The notes below the pieces were generated by a model. It was not told the DNA's origin, ran no database searches, and was given only the letters and a program-made list of their open reading frames with translations. This document shows positions 1 to 14,946 of a stretch of 64,000 nucleotides of DNA, piece by piece (positions within the stretch are counted from its first letter, which is position 1; every line of letters begins with the position of its first letter). The stretch lies in assembly GCA_951406725.2 (NCBI GenBank), contig OX597823.1:23126001-23190000 (forward strand). Direction: 5' to 3'. Source of the DNA: Octopus vulgaris. Lineage: Eukaryota. A program made the position numbers and the translations under genes.

Positions 1-1313
1 CATATATGTAGATACATTGAAATACCTACACACGTACATGTGTGTGAGTTGTTGGTAATAAAAATTCAAAATTTTTTTTACGTCCAGTGTTTAATTTCAT
101 TGCTTTCTGATATTGGCTTTTCTTATATTTGTTTACACTACGTAAATCAATACAAATCTTATTAATGTCATTGTCATCAAACTAAACGTGATACAACTCT
201 TTACATTCTGAGTTCAAATCCTGCAAAAATCAACTTTTCTTTTCATCTCTCTAGAGGAGATGAAATAAATTTTTTTTAAAACCATCAAATATTAGGGTTG
301 ATATTTCATTAACCCCCACCTCCTTTCAACATTACTGTGCTAATGCCTAAATTTGAAAATAATTATCATCATTATCCACACCCTCATTATTTTCAATTTC
401 ATCATCATCACCATCAAAACTAGCATCATAACCTTCATTGTTACTAGCCTCTTTACAAACCATCAAAGCCATCATTGCCATCATCAGTTTAATGACCACA
501 TCTCCTCCCGCCTGCCAAATTATGTCCAACAGGGACACACTACAATTACTCTCCCAGTCCAATGTACCTTTATCATCTCCACCCTTGCAAACTAAATATT
601 TTTTTTTCAGTTCTAAATTTGGTCAGCCTCTGTTTTAAAGCCTGTACCAAAGGCTAGATTTTACCATACTAGATTTTTAAAAAATGATAACTGAAGCTAC
701 CTAGATGATGTATTAAATGCACATGATAACTGAGAGAAAAGATCTGGTCAATCAGGGCTGACCTGACGCAAACAATAACATACCTTGACTATTATGCTAC
801 ATGGTATCCTGTAATGTAGCACATCTTATGTTCTGCCATACTACACCTCCTACAACATGTTACTCAGTAAGCTTTACCACACACATACACAGACTATCAC
901 ACTACCAACTGCACACACAGTTGACCTTGACCACTACACACCACACACTAACCTCCTCACATGACTCTGTATTACCATTCTACACCTCAGTTCACTACAG
1001 TAAAACTACAGTGACAGAATATACAGAGCTGTGTATTGCCAAGTTTAGGGAACCAGGACCAAATTGTAAGTAAATAAGAATGGTGGGAGTGGGAAATCCT
1101 CAATGAGTTAATTCACTGAAAATTTATTGTAAAGTCAACTCTGATCTAACAGAGCTAGATTCAAAGGTAATAAATATAGCTATGACCACCATCACAAAGG
1201 AATATTTTGAGTGATTGTCTTGTATTATTGTTTTATCATTTCATTCTCAGGTCTTAATTATTTAGCAGTCTTTCATAGATCAGCAGCACTACTAACACAC
1301 ACACACACACACA

Positions 1314-1367
<54 letters not shown>

Positions 1368-1544
1368 TTATCTATCTATCTAACTATGTCCATTATAGTA
1401 ATCTCCTATTCTGTCTCCCTCTATTCACTTCCTGCCTGTCCATTTCCTCTTTCTTTCAGTCTCTCATTCTCTCCCTATTTCTAATTTTCATTATTTCTTT
1501 TCTACTTTCATTATCCTTTCTATGTCATTGTCATACACACCTCT

Positions 1545-1885
1545 GTGTAAACAACAGAACACACACAACACACGTCACTGTAAACAACAGGACATCTTCA
1601 ACATGCTTTTGTTAACAAGAGAACGCATACAATACATGTCTATGTGAACAACAGAGCATACACAGTGCATATCTGTGTAAATAAAACACACACAATGCAT
1701 CTATGTAAACGGCAGAACTTGCACACACTGCATGTCTACATAAACAATAGACCATGTACAACACGTTTGTGTAAACAACAAAACATAGAATACTTCTGTG
1801 TAAACAACAGGACATACTCACCATGCATCTCCGTCAACAACAGAATACCCATACAACACACATTTATGTGAAAGTACCAGAACAC
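1545..1885. repeat. Degenerate ~30-bp minisatellite (TGTAAACAACAG core)
   Basis: About 11 units at ~30-bp spacing. Confidence 0.8.
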
Positions 1886-2514
1886 ACGCCATTTATTATG
1901 TTACTTATGTTCCAGTTGTTCCATATCTGATTTGTTTTGTTGTCATAAAATGAGAGTGACTTGATCTCTGTTGTGCCAATGTGGAAGCTTCTATATGGCC
2001 AATCAATCAGCTAGAAATAGCTGTCAAATCTCCCTTGTATTAGACCAAATCATTTTGAGAAGCAGTGTGCTCATTGGATTACATAATGCCCAAGAAAAGA
2101 AGAGGTCCTCATGACTTCAATACCTTTGATCATAGGTTTGCTTAATCAAGGCTAATCTGCACACATACACACTCATTGCAGGGTGTGTATGTGTGTGTGT
2201 GTGTGTATTTATTTGACTATTTATATATGGCTGTTTGTATATGTATATGTGTGAATTCATGATAGTGTGTGTGTGATTGTGTCCATGTGTAACAGAATGT
2301 ACATTGTGTGTATGTGTGATCATATGTATGTGTGATTGTGTATATGTGTGCATCTTTGTCTAGAGAAGTGAGTACTTATATTTCAGGTAGAACACAGCTT
2401 CATCACACTCTAGTTTTGCTCTTTACATTTTTACAAATTCTATGAAATATTTTACAGATTCTATTAATGATGCATGCATATGTATGTGTATATATGTGGG
2501 TGCATGAATGTATG

Positions 2515-2556
<42 letters not shown>

Positions 2557-2717
2557 TGTATATTGGCAGGGCTTACTGCTAGGGAGTCGGCCGTATGCTA
2601 GAAATAGACCATCAACGGTCATACTACAAGGAAATTCTCTAGAGGGAAAAATACAGCGAACACCAGAACCAACTTTGGCGGGCATGACAGATGAAAATTT
2701 ATATAAAAAACAGAATT

Positions 2718-2794
2718 AAATGCATACCTCGGTTTCAGCCTTAACAAGAGAATTACTAATGCAATCCAAATGTCCGTGCTTCTTCAGTGCATCC
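2718..2794 (-). ncRNA. Type I hammerhead ribozyme
   Basis: Minus strand: ATGCA-CTGAAGA-AGC(38-nt loop)GCT-GAAA-CC GA GG-TA-TGCAT. Intact core, three helices, GUA cleavage triplet. Confidence 0.7.
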
Positions 2795-3529
2795 GTTCAT
2801 AGTAATGTAAGCGGAAAAGCTAACCCCAGCTTTCGTGCCAGTACAGACACGTGTGTAGCTTTACCGATTACACTAGTGATAAAATTTCAAATGTCTTGAT
2901 TCTGGCGCGCTAATAAATTTCTGAGGCGAAGGGCTGCAGTAAATAATTCACTGCGGTTCTTACTTAGTACTAGAGAACGTATTTATTTCAATATATATAT
3001 ATATATATATATATAACATTCGCCATTCTTGACCGCTGAACTCTCCACATTTTTTCATTCTCTCTCTTTATTTCCTCTTATTCCTTTCTCTTGAAGAGCA
3101 TAGGCTCAATATGTAAAAGACTTTTTCATTTTTCCTGAGCATCAAACTAATATACTTGCTTGTTGTTCACACACCTATCTTCATCTTTTGTTTTTCTATA
3201 AATTTCGACTATATATATATATAAAGGTCTCAATCACTTGTCACCTCCTCCAAGTGATTAAGATGTTTGACGATACATCATGCTTGAGAAGACCTATCAA
3301 GCCAAGTGAGATCACAGCCATGGTTGATGCCAGTGCTGCGTGACTGACACCTGTCCCGGTGGCACATGAAAAGCTCTCACAAATCTCTTGGAGGGGTTGG
3401 CATTAGGAAGGGCATCCAGCCATGGAAACCATGCCAAATTGGATTGTAACCTGGTGTATGTAACTCACCATCTTACCAGTTTCCGTCAAACCATCCAACC
3501 CATGCCAGCATGGAAAAAAGGGACATTAA

Positions 3530-3570
<41 letters not shown>

Positions 3571-4141
3571 AATGATATTTATATTTCAGGAAAATAACTG
3601 ATTCACTACATGCTGTTTTTCATCATAGATCAGAATTAAATTAATATTGGAAATCATCAGCATTTATACATAGTTCAAAACATACTAACATGGATAAATG
3701 ATTGTAAAATTAAAGATAACATTATCTATCTGTCTGTCTGTATATGCGACGTCCATTTTTTTTTTCCATTTTTGTCGTCATTCAACAATAGATTAAGAAT
3801 ATTTATTAGAGACACCTGCATAAGTTAGATTAAATTCACAACTCTTGAAAGAGGTCAATCTCAACTCATATCTTGGTGCTTGTTTTCAGCACACAAAGAC
3901 GTTGATTTGCAGAAAAATAATCACACCAGCATCAAAATACAAACATTGGAGTATATATAGTAAGAATTCAAGAATAATTTTTGACTTTGGTATAAAAGAC
4001 CACAAAATTTGTAGCAGATTTAAAGTCAATTTAATCATTTTCAGTTCTCGATTGATACGTATTTTAAATTCATATTGGCATTTATCTTCTTACAAACACA
4101 CACACACACACACATGCGCGTACATGCACACACATATACAT

Positions 4142-4186
<45 letters not shown>

Positions 4187-4968
4187 TATCTCAGTATTTA
4201 ATTAATGCTCCACTGTCAACGAATGCACTGGTATGCAAATGAGAAAAATCAGTGCTTTTAGTCATAGCATTTTTCATTCGCAGATACAAATTGCTCTTTT
4301 TCTCTCACTCTCTCAAAGTAAACACACCTGATGAGCTAGCAATACCCAGGTGAAACTAGTCAAGTTGTTCTTCAATTCATTCTGAAGAGAGATCATTATG
4401 GTTGAACAACAAGGTTTATTTACAGAACAAGGCTAAACATATATTATTAAACATGCACGTAAACTTATTTATAATTATATATATATAAGCATACACACAC
4501 TTGATATTGGCATCAATGTTTTAGAAATCTCATCAATGGTTCTTCATTCATTCTTTCATTTGCCGTCGTTCCATTCTCATCTTATCATTGTAGTTGTTAT
4601 TTTCATTGTAGTAATAATTATTGACGCTGTTGTTGTTTTTGTTATTGCTGTTGTTGTTTCCTACTCTCAATTGAGAACACTTGTTTTAAAGAGCTGCTGA
4701 GAGATCAATATTCTTTGAGACAAGATGGCATTGTTCTGATATTTCTGTAGGGCAAAGAAATGGAGCCATAGATAAGTAGAAAGAGAGAATATAATAGAGA
4801 AAAAGAGAGAGAGAGAGAGAGAGAGAGTGTGTGTGTGTGTGTGTGTGTGAAAGAGAGAGGAAAGGGGAGGTACGGAGAAGACAATGATGTGGAGAAAAGG
4901 AGTCAAGATAGAGAGAGAGATAGTGTGTGTATGTGTGTGTGTGAAAGGGGGACAGTGGTGGATTAGGC

Positions 4969-5009
<41 letters not shown>

Positions 5010-5121
5010 AAGAAGTGACTGTAAGGGAGTTAGAATGAGAGAGCATGTGTGAAAGAGAAAGAAAGGTGTGTGTGTGTGGAAGAGAGAGAGAGAGAATTAG
5101 AACAGTGGGATGTAAAAATGA

Positions 5122-5159
<38 letters not shown>

Positions 5160-5626
5160 CACAGAGAGAGAGAGAAACTGTTAATGTAGGGAACTGTGTT
5201 GTTGGTGTTCTTCAACAAGTGGTTAGTCAGACATAAGTACTTGCAGTGAAGTGTGACATATCAACAGTGAAAGCCTCTCCGATGTTAACAATTACTGCTT
5301 ATAACATGCATTTCTGTGAAAATATATCAGAACATTAAGGAACTGCAAAGAATTGACCTCTCTAACTACATTGATTATAAGAAGGTGGTGCTTGCTGTGG
5401 TAGCAGTTTTTGTTGCTGTTGTTTAGCTCTAGGTCAGCTCTGATAGAGCAAACCCATGATCAAAGACATTCTAGCCATGACTATCCTGTTGCCTTTTCTA
5501 CCACTATTGCAATGGCCTTTGCTTCTCAGAAACTGAGTCTTGTACCACATTGCTCTAAGCGCAATTATCTCACAACCTACCAAAAAAAGGGTAAAAGAGG
5601 GGTGACAGGAAACAAGTGGTAAGTTT

Positions 5627-5852
5627 AGCCCTTTAGCATTTAAATCAGCCATATCCAGCCCAAATATCCGACCTGTTTTATGTTCAAACCTGCCAGATCT
5701 GGGCCCCTCATTTCAAAGATAACCCTTGTCATTCTGAAAATAAGCAATCAGATCATTAAAATGTGGAAGCTACGAGATGATGTATGATTTATTGAAAACA
5801 ATGAGAATAAATAAGCATTACATTTGACAGAGTAATCTGAATGCTAAACAGT
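5627..5852. mobile_element. Degenerate MITE related to the termini of the 59465 piggyBac (another copy at ~57130-57341)
   Basis: Begins CCCTTTAGCATT; ends aataagcattacatttgac...aatctgaatgctaaa, matching the piggyBac right end. Confidence 0.6.
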
Positions 5853-6286
5853 TGGTAAAAGAACTCAGTAACAATAACCAAAGGTAGCTGCAGAGTAGAC
5901 AAGATAAACACACATGCAAGAAAAAGTTTCTAAAAAGAGCTATAAAGAAGAAAAGAGTATGTTAGGCAAATCAAGAGTAGTGTTGGTGATTACAAGATGC
6001 ATCAAAGTTTTTGAAGGATACAGTATCCAAACGGTTAATGAATGATGTGAGTAGTTTGTCCTATGCTTCAATAATTCTGAGCTGTCTTCTACACTTGTTC
6101 CAATCTGTGTTTTATACTTCTCCACACTGCGAGGTCTCAGTCCCGAATCTACACCATGATTAGAGTGTCACAGGAAAGAACTGCATGACAGATTTCTTCA
6201 AGTCAAGCCAACTAGTGAGGAGGCCCTAGGAGCAGACCAAGAGTGAATTGGATGGACAATGTCTCTTATCTCAGTTGGTCATTTTG

Positions 6287-6586
6287 GGGAATCCGATCGG
6301 AATCCGACCAGAAAGTGTAATAACAGTTGCTTGTAATAGGACCCTATAGAGGATTTGTTTGAGGACCCTACCCCCAATGACTTTCCCAGGGATAGTGGGC
6401 AAAGAAAATTGATTGATATAGTAATATTAGGACATTGGGAATCCGATCGGAATCCGACCAGAAAGTGTAATAACAGTTGCTTGTAATAGGACCCTATAGA
6501 GGATTTGTTTGAGGACTCTACCCCCAATGACTTTCCCAGGGATAGTGGGCAAAGAAAATAGATTGATATAGTAATATTAGGACATT
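6287..6586. repeat. 150-bp tandem duplication
   Basis: 6287-6436 vs 6437-6586, two substitutions. Confidence 0.9.
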
Positions 6587-8337
6587 CTATAAGTTTCTCT
6601 ACTTTGTCTGAAATGTGTGATGGCAATTAGGCTGTCATAAAAGTCTATTCACTTTCGGTTTTGGACATAAAAGTGTGTGGTCACCATTTTCGAGATGGCA
6701 TGTGGTGAGGGGTTGGTGGTTAGAGACTATTTACTCTTTCTCTCCCTATCTCTTTCTCTCTCCTTCTCACACACACATTACCTCTCTCTTTCTCTTTTCT
6801 TTTTTCTTACATTCCTCTTCTTTCTCTCTCTTTCACACACACACATACATGACCTTTCCTTCTGATTTTCTTACACACTCTCTCTGTCTCTCTCTTTCTC
6901 ACTCTTGTATGTGCACTTTCTTTCTCTCACACTCACACATTTCTTTCACACTCACTCACTCTTGCCAACACAAGCACATTTTTACACCACAAACACACTC
7001 TCGCATACATACACACTCACTCTCAGTCATATGCACACAGACTTTCTTTCTCTCTCTCTCTCTTAAAATAGAGTGAGGCCCTTATGTGATACTGGATGCT
7101 GCATTGAGCAGTTAAAAAAGATTACAGCCAGCCATCAGTTGGCAACAGGTACTGTTTTCCCTAATTGTTTTGGCTGCTTATGTAATCACAAGCAGAATTG
7201 GACACCCTCTTGCTCCCCACCTTACCCTTGATCCAGTGGAGCATTCAGGATGTGATAGCTGGAGAGAAAAAGGGCTGCATCTGGTTCTTATTACAACTGA
7301 ACAGAATGGAGTATTGTGAAGTGAAGTGTCTTCCTCAAGAGCACAATATATCTCTTGGTCTGGAAACTGAACTCACAATTGTACAACCATGAGTCCAACA
7401 TCTTAACTACTAGCCCACACACCTTTACATCGAACAGACATGTATTGAAATATATCGAAGCTTCTTCTTTGGCTTGTGTAGTCATCTATTTTACAGATAG
7501 GAGAGAGTTGACAGAAATCTTATTGCTACACTAAGTTTATTGACATTGGTCTTATGACCCCTAATTTAGAGGCAGTACGAAGTTCATTAATGTTTCATTG
7601 AGAAGGTCTAACAATAAGTTGCTTCATTAGTCTTATGGTCTATTTTTTAATAAAATAAGAAGTTTGTGGAATGAAGTTTTACTTTGTTGAGTTAGTCACA
7701 TATTCACATAGAAACTGCCTTCATCTTTTCACAGGGTCAACAACAAGATGCATTTTTTATGTAGTTGGTAAATTCTGTGAGCTTCAGAAAAGTTTATATT
7801 ATACAAGAAATTGTAGCATTCATGCCTTTTCTTGAATGCATTAGCAAGTGATATATGCAACAAGTCGGAAACAAAATGGTTACAATTGAAAACAAGCAAC
7901 GAACTTGGTAGTGAACTCAGATTACCTCTATAGTCTATATAAATTTCTTAGATGTTTGTCATATATATATTTTAAGACAGTTAATTCTGTAACACTGATG
8001 TCAGATAATGAAGAAAAAAGCACAAAGCAAATGCCGTTGATAATGGTAAATGTATTGATAATGTTAAAGTGTGGATAATGATAATGATGTTTATTGCTAA
8101 AACTAAAACTAAAAAAAATGTATTATTTCCTATACTAATCTATTTACAGATACTTTATAGATTTTGGTCAAAATGGTAGTGAGGTAGAATTGGGAGAAGC
8201 TCATGTTTTAATATTTGTTGATATTCTTTGTTTTGTCGCATTGTTTTTATAACTTACTTTTTATTGGCTTTCTGTTTGTTTCTCTAAACTGTGAAGTTTG
8301 TCATTTATTTTCTCTCTGTTTTTAACACATTGTCTTT

Positions 8338-8390
<53 letters not shown>

Positions 8391-9290
8391 ATTCTTTCTC
8401 TATTTTTATACTCATAGTGTCTCTTTCTCAAAGTGTGTGTTATTGTGTTAAGTGTGTATTTATGTAAAAGATTGTTTTTGTTAGAATTTGAAAATGAATT
8501 TATATTTGTACATCACCCATCATCATCATCATCACCTCTGGTGGGTTTTTCTGTGTTTCTGTTCTTGTATGGGTTAGATGGGTCTTCTTCAGCACAGAGT
8601 CTCACTATTTGCTGTGGTCATTTGTCATCTCATTTCTACAGATCAGCCTTCACCACACTTTCCCATGTCTTCCTTTTCCATATGCCCTTTCCATTTGGAT
8701 TAGCTGATAATTCTTTACACAACTATAATCTTCCATACACATCACATGTCTGCACCTGTGCAATCTTTTCTCTTGCACACTTACATTATATATCCAGTTC
8801 AACTCATTTCTCTCCAACCTTCACATATTTTCTCCATTCAGTTCCCATGTATCGCTACCATACAATATCACACTTTGTAAGCAAATACATAATCTTCCCT
8901 TCACTCATAGAGAGAATCCTTTTGTTGCTACCAATGATAATAGCTCCTTAAAGTTTTTCCATTACACTGATTTAAAAACTGGAGACAATTGTATGTGGCT
9001 TACTTTAGTGTTAGACATGACCCTCTTAATGATTTTCACAGTTTGGTTCAATGGCAAATGATTGTCACAAATGATTGAAGATAATAGATTGCTTCTGTAA
9101 TCATCTACTGCCACAGTCATTGATGTATTTCTCCAAACTTTGGATTTCACTTTTCCCATAGTGCCACCTTGACTCCCTAGACATAAGAGATAACTTCTCT
9201 AAGGAGAATCCAGCACTATATCAATAATGTACCTGTTGTCAATCTATATGGTGTAGCAGTGTGTGTATATATATATATATATATATATGT

Positions 9291-9588
9291 GGAGGCGCAA
9301 TGGTCCAGTGGTAAGGACAGCGGACTCGCGGTCGTAGGATTGCGGTTTCGATTCCCAGACCGGGCGTTGTGAGTGTTTATTGAGCAAAAACACCTAAAGC
9401 TCCACGAGGCTCCGGCAGGGGGTGGTGGCGATCCCTGCTGTACTCTTTCGCCACAACTTTCTCTCACTCTTTCTTCTGTTGGCCTGCTCGCTTAACCAGC
9501 GGGGTGGCATCATTCGAAGGCTAAAACAAAGCCAAGACGCATTGTGACCAGCGATATGTAGCAACATCTGATAGCCTGGTCGGTCACG

Positions 9589-9591
<3 letters not shown>
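9291..9591 (+). mobile_element. tRNA-derived SINE (family B), CpG-rich and probably young, inserted in (TA)n
   Basis: GGAGGCGCAATGGTCCAGTGGTAAGG (A box) ... GGTTTCGATTCCC (B box). Confidence 0.75.
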
Positions 9592-9649
<58 letters not shown>

Positions 9650-12127
9650 CTGATGTAAATAACAGTGTGCTGCTGATGTATAAACAATGAGTATCTGTAA
9701 TAAAATTAGCAAATGTAAACATCATGAGATGAGGTGAATTTGGCTAGAGCCATCTTTACATGTACAAATTGTGCAAAGTGAGTCGAATGGCAGTAGATTA
9801 GGTAAGAGGATGTAGTAATAAGAAAAGTGGGGTTGAGATAAACAAGGGTAGGTTGCAGGCCAAAAAGACAAAGAGGTGAAGGATTAAGGTAAGTGTATAT
9901 GCCTTCTGTTCATTGATATGATATCAGGAGTATAGAAATACACCGACCTTGCAGCTGCTGATTAATAAACTTTGTAAGTGAGGCAACATATGTTACTTCT
10001 CTAATCTAAATCCAAGATCTGGATATATCTGTAAATAATCTACTTCCTAATTATTGACCCATTCTACCCCACCCCCACCCTACTGTCCTTCTTCAACCTC
10101 TATCTTTACTTCAACTATTTTGATTAACCTAATCACCACTGCTGCCCCTCCAGTCATTCTCTGATGAAAAATAATGTGAACACACACACATGCAGTCTGT
10201 AGAGCTCATCTTTTCTGTTATTGCACTTGTTCCAGTTTTTTTGTTTTTTCTGTCCTTATTCATCTATACCATATATCATTATCATCATCATCATCATCAT
10301 CAACATCGTTTAATGTCTGCTGTCCATGCATGCATTGATTGGACAGTTTGACAGGAGCCGGCCAAGGAGAAGACTACCCCAGGCTACTGTGTCTGTTTTG
10401 GCAGGGTTTTTACAGCTGGATGCCCTTCCAAATGCCAACCACTTCACAGTGTGGACTGGATGCTTTTTACATGGCACCAGCACTAGCAAGGTTACAAAGT
10501 AACTTGCAAGACAAGACATTTTTGAGAGGGAAGGGGACATTGGAGGAGGTTAATCTTGTGTCAGATGATGAACGGTTAGAGTGTGGCAGAGAGACAGAAA
10601 CTGGTGTCTTGCCTTAGAGGAGGTACATGCTTACCCACCCAGAGAGACAGAGAGAGAGTCTTCTATTACTGGAATAAACCAAAGAACTTGTCAAGAGTAT
10701 GACTAGTGTATATACGTGATGACGATGCTGCTATTTATTCCGCATAATTGAAAATTATTGCATAATGTTATTTTAGTTGTTGTTAATGCTGTTTCAGCCC
10801 TGGGCATTCCTTTTTATCAGCATTGTGTATCTAGGATTACATTATCCAATGTTTTCATCCTTTTTTTTAAATACATTACATGGGAATTAAGGAGAAAGGA
10901 GAAGGAGACTTGGAGAGAAAGTTAGAGATGGAGAGATAGTGGTGGATATTTTTCAGGACGTACTCGCAAGGCACAGTGGGGGAGAATATAGATGAGGTGA
11001 TATAGAGGATAGGACTGAGTGAGTGATCAGGGGGAACAGAGGGTAAAATTTCATAAGAAAGTGAGAGGAGATGGTTAGATGAGATAGAGGTGGTTGTAGT
11101 AATTGAAGGTGAAAAGTACAGGAATGACTCAGGGGGACACCTTATGTTGTTTTATGGACACACTGGCAAACTGTTCAGAGACAGTTTAAATGATTTGTTT
11201 TATTTCTTAGGAAATTTAACCTCATGAAAGAGAAAGATAATGATTAATAAAGATATAAAATTATTTTTATATAAAGGTTTCCTAAGGTATAAAATGTATG
11301 TCAAGGGTCCTTAAGAGTAAAAAGACTGGGGTATGCTGTTCTCTAGTTTCTCTTTAGGTATCTAGCCATGATATCAACACAGCCCAGTGGTAATGGTGTT
11401 TTAATTGTTTGGTTTTGTTGTAATCATCTATTCTAGTTATCGTGTGTCAAATCTTTTCTCTCCATTAGACCTGCATACAACTTCCAAGTGGTCTGAGGTC
11501 ATGATCGGTCCAGTTATATCTAAATCAGCTATATACAATAAGGTCACCTAAATGTTGGTTACCTCATCATTATTGCAAGACATGCTTTTGTGGAAGAAGC
11601 TTGTGATTCTCAATGAAGGAAAATATATTGTTGAGATTTTGACTGGGACAATGAGATTGCCAAGTGACTTTTTCCTCTTTCTCTCTTTTCTTTCACTTAT
11701 TTATCTCTCTCCCTGCCCCTCATCTCTCTCTCCTCCCCTCCCTCCCCGCCCCTCAACTCTCTCTCTCTCTATCTACCTATCTATCTATCTCTTTCTCTCT
11801 GTCTTTCCCTTCTCATCTCATCATCATCATCATCATTTAGCATTCGCTTTCCATGCAGGCATGGGTTAGACAGTTTGATTGGAACTAGTAAGCTGGAGAG
11901 CTGTACCCAGTTCCAGTCTGATCCAGCATGGCTTCTACAGCTGGGTACCCTTCTGCAGCTGGGTACCCAACCACCCCAAGAGTATAATAGGTACTTTTAT
12001 GTGTCACCAGCACAGGTGCTTTTACATGTCACTACCATGGGTGCTGGTTACATGACATTGGCATTGGCCATGACTATGATTTCAAGCATCAGCCACGGCT
12101 ATGATTTCAAATACACACACACACACA

Positions 12128-12170
<43 letters not shown>

Positions 12171-14029
12171 TTTTGCTTTCATTCATTTTTTCCTTTCTCT
12201 CTTGTTCTCTCTTTCTTTTCCTTGTCTCTTCTGTCTCTCACTTGCTCTCATCCTCTCTGCCTCCATCAGATACACACATGCTATCCACCTATCTATCTCT
12301 CTTGCTAACTTCTTCTTATGCATGCTCCCACTTCAAAGACAATTACACTGAACACCAGTTGAAGAGAAACAATGAATATAAAGAGAAGACGTACGAATAA
12401 CTTGCAGTTGACATCCAACATACACGTCACAACAAATCTCTGTCTTTGCAGCTATGGAAATTCCAAGAAATAACAACTCACGTTTGTTTCTTTATCTTTT
12501 GTCATGCAAGTCAAGAAGGGAGCCTCTATGTTGTTGCTTCAAGAATGCTAGAAACAGCAGCCAAATCTCCTTAATTCCCATGGTAATGTATTTTAAAAAA
12601 GGATGCAAACATTGGATAATGTAATCCTAGATACTCAATGCTGATAAAACAGAATGCTGAGGGCTGAAATGCTTTGACAATATAACTCTTCTGGATCAGA
12701 GCTGGCTTGGGGCTAAACAACAACAATAACTAAAAATAACATTAAGCAATAATTTCCAATTATCTGGAATATAGAGCAGTATTGTCGTCACATGTGTACA
12801 CTAGCCATACTCTTGACAAGTTCTCTGGTTTATTCCAGCAATAGAAGACACTGGAGACATACGTCATTGGATAATTAGTAACACCTTTAGCTGGAAATAC
12901 ATAAGTGTGTGTGTGTGTGTGTGAGTGTACATAAACATATAAATAGACAGACAGACAGATAGACAGACAGACATATGTTTAATTATATTGTGTACTCCAG
13001 ATTGTGTACTAGAGATAGGTGTTATAGTAATTAGTAACACACCCAACTAATAGTTTACCTTTATCAACTTTCTCTCTCTCCCTTTCTCTCTTTCTCCTTT
13101 TCTCCCTCTCTCTCTTCCTGTCTCTCCTCCTCCTCCTTCCTTCTCTCCCTCTCTTCTCTCTCTCTCACACACACTCATGCACACAGATATGCATGTGTGT
13201 GTGTGTGTGTGTATGTGTGTCATATCTGTGTGGTTTAGAAGTTGCTTCTGAACCATGTGATTTCAGGTTCAGCCCCACTGCATGGCACCTTGGGCAAGTG
13301 CCTTCCACTATAACCCTATGCAGATCAAAGCCTTGTGAGTAGATCTGGTAAAAAGAAATTGAAAGAAACCTGTAGTATATATTTGTGCCTTCTTGTCTTA
13401 ACATGTAATAGCTGTAAACGAGCATCACCTTCATACATACAAGCAGAGTCGTTTGTTTCCACTTTTCCATCAAAACATGTCTGGCTTATGGGAAAATATT
13501 GCCTTGCTTGGAAATAAGTGAGGGTTGGTGACAGGAAGGGCATCCAACCATAAGAATCTGTCTCAACAACTCTCATCAGCCTCATACAGGCATTAAAAAG
13601 GGAACACTAAAATACTGATATACATATGTATATATGTGTGTATATATTTCTGTGTTTACAAAGATGTACGCATGTATAAGTAAGTATATATTTATACCTG
13701 TATACATACATACGTATGTATGTATGTGCATGTGTGTGTGTTAGTATGCATAAACACACTACAATCTGACAAAAGCACAAGAATAAAACTGTAAGCTTTT
13801 GAGTCACTCCTATAGCTATCTCAGTTTGTGGAAATAAAAACCTTCTAGTGCTGGTGCCATGATAAAATGTGCCCTTGTTTTCATGAGAAGTGTTCTTCTC
13901 TTTATACAACATTTTCATTATACAAACTGTGATATGAAGGGTATTTGATAGGTATTCTAATAAGTCTTGTATATATGTAGGTGCTCCCTTGTATGCATAA
14001 ATTTTACAATAAATGCAAGAGAAATACTG

Positions 14030-14215
14030 CATAACAGGTGTCAGTTACAACATCCATTGGAAGATCTTAGCCAATCTTAGCCCTACACCAACGGCAGTGG
14101 AAAGTGCGGTCTTTGTGATATGGAAAGATGGCTCATCTGGAAAAGCAGCTTAGACCCCGCTACATGTCTGAATTCAAGAACTGAACTTTTCAGATCATGC
14201 CCATACGTGGCTAAA
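14030..14215 (+). mobile_element. Penelope-like element ORF C-terminal fragment
   Basis: YNIHWKIL...YTNGSGKCGLCDMERWLI...CLNSRTELFRSCP (one frameshift), matching the C-terminal end of PLE GIY-YIG ORFs. Confidence 0.65.
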
Positions 14216-14946
14216 TATTTATGTTTTTGGTCCCCCCGAGATTACAGATAGGACTTGCTTTCTATATTGTGTCCACATACAAGCTTTTTATCTCTTTATA
14301 CTTTTTACTTATATTCCTGATACATTTTTATATATATTTATATATTTTTTATTCATATATTTTTTACATATTTATAGAGATATTGTTTCATAGGTTTATT
14401 GCTCATATATTTTTTACACATTTTTTGTATTCTACCTTCCACCCTGCATTTTCCCTGTGTGTATATAGATATGTATATGGAATCTCTTGTGCACGCGTGT
14501 GGATGTGTGCGTGCGCGGGTATGTGCATATGTAGATGTGTGAGTGTGTGTGTGCATGCGTGTATGTGCATATATAGACATATTTTACTCATTATTTTTTA
14601 TACATTTTTTACACATTTTCCTGTATTTTGCCTTTAGCCCTGTTTTTGCTTGTGCATGTGTGTATATAGACGTGTGTATGAACTTTTTTTGTGTGCGTGT
14701 GTGTGCATATATAGACGTGTGCGGGTATGCACATATATAGACGTCTGTGTGTGCATGCATACAGGTATGTGCGTATATAGACGTGTTTTACTCTTATTGC
14801 TTATTTTTTAATACTTCTTTACTCTTTTTTCTGCATTGTTACCCTTAGCCCTGTTTTTTCTTGTGCATGCGCATATATAGACATGTGTATGAACTGTTTT
14901 GGGTGCATGTGTGTGTGGGATTGTGTATATATATATATATATATAT

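Noticed and set aside
347-638. Overlapping ORFs with acidic or Ile/His-rich peptides
   Set aside because: Degenerate (CAT)n low-complexity sequence.
1545-1885. Regularly spaced TGTAAACAACAG repeats resembling a CRISPR-like array
   Set aside because: The intervening segments are similar to each other, the period is 30 bp, the context is eukaryotic and there are no cas genes: a minisatellite.
9291-9365. tRNA-like sequence
   Set aside because: No proper acceptor stem and it continues into a SINE body; the same applies to the family A heads.
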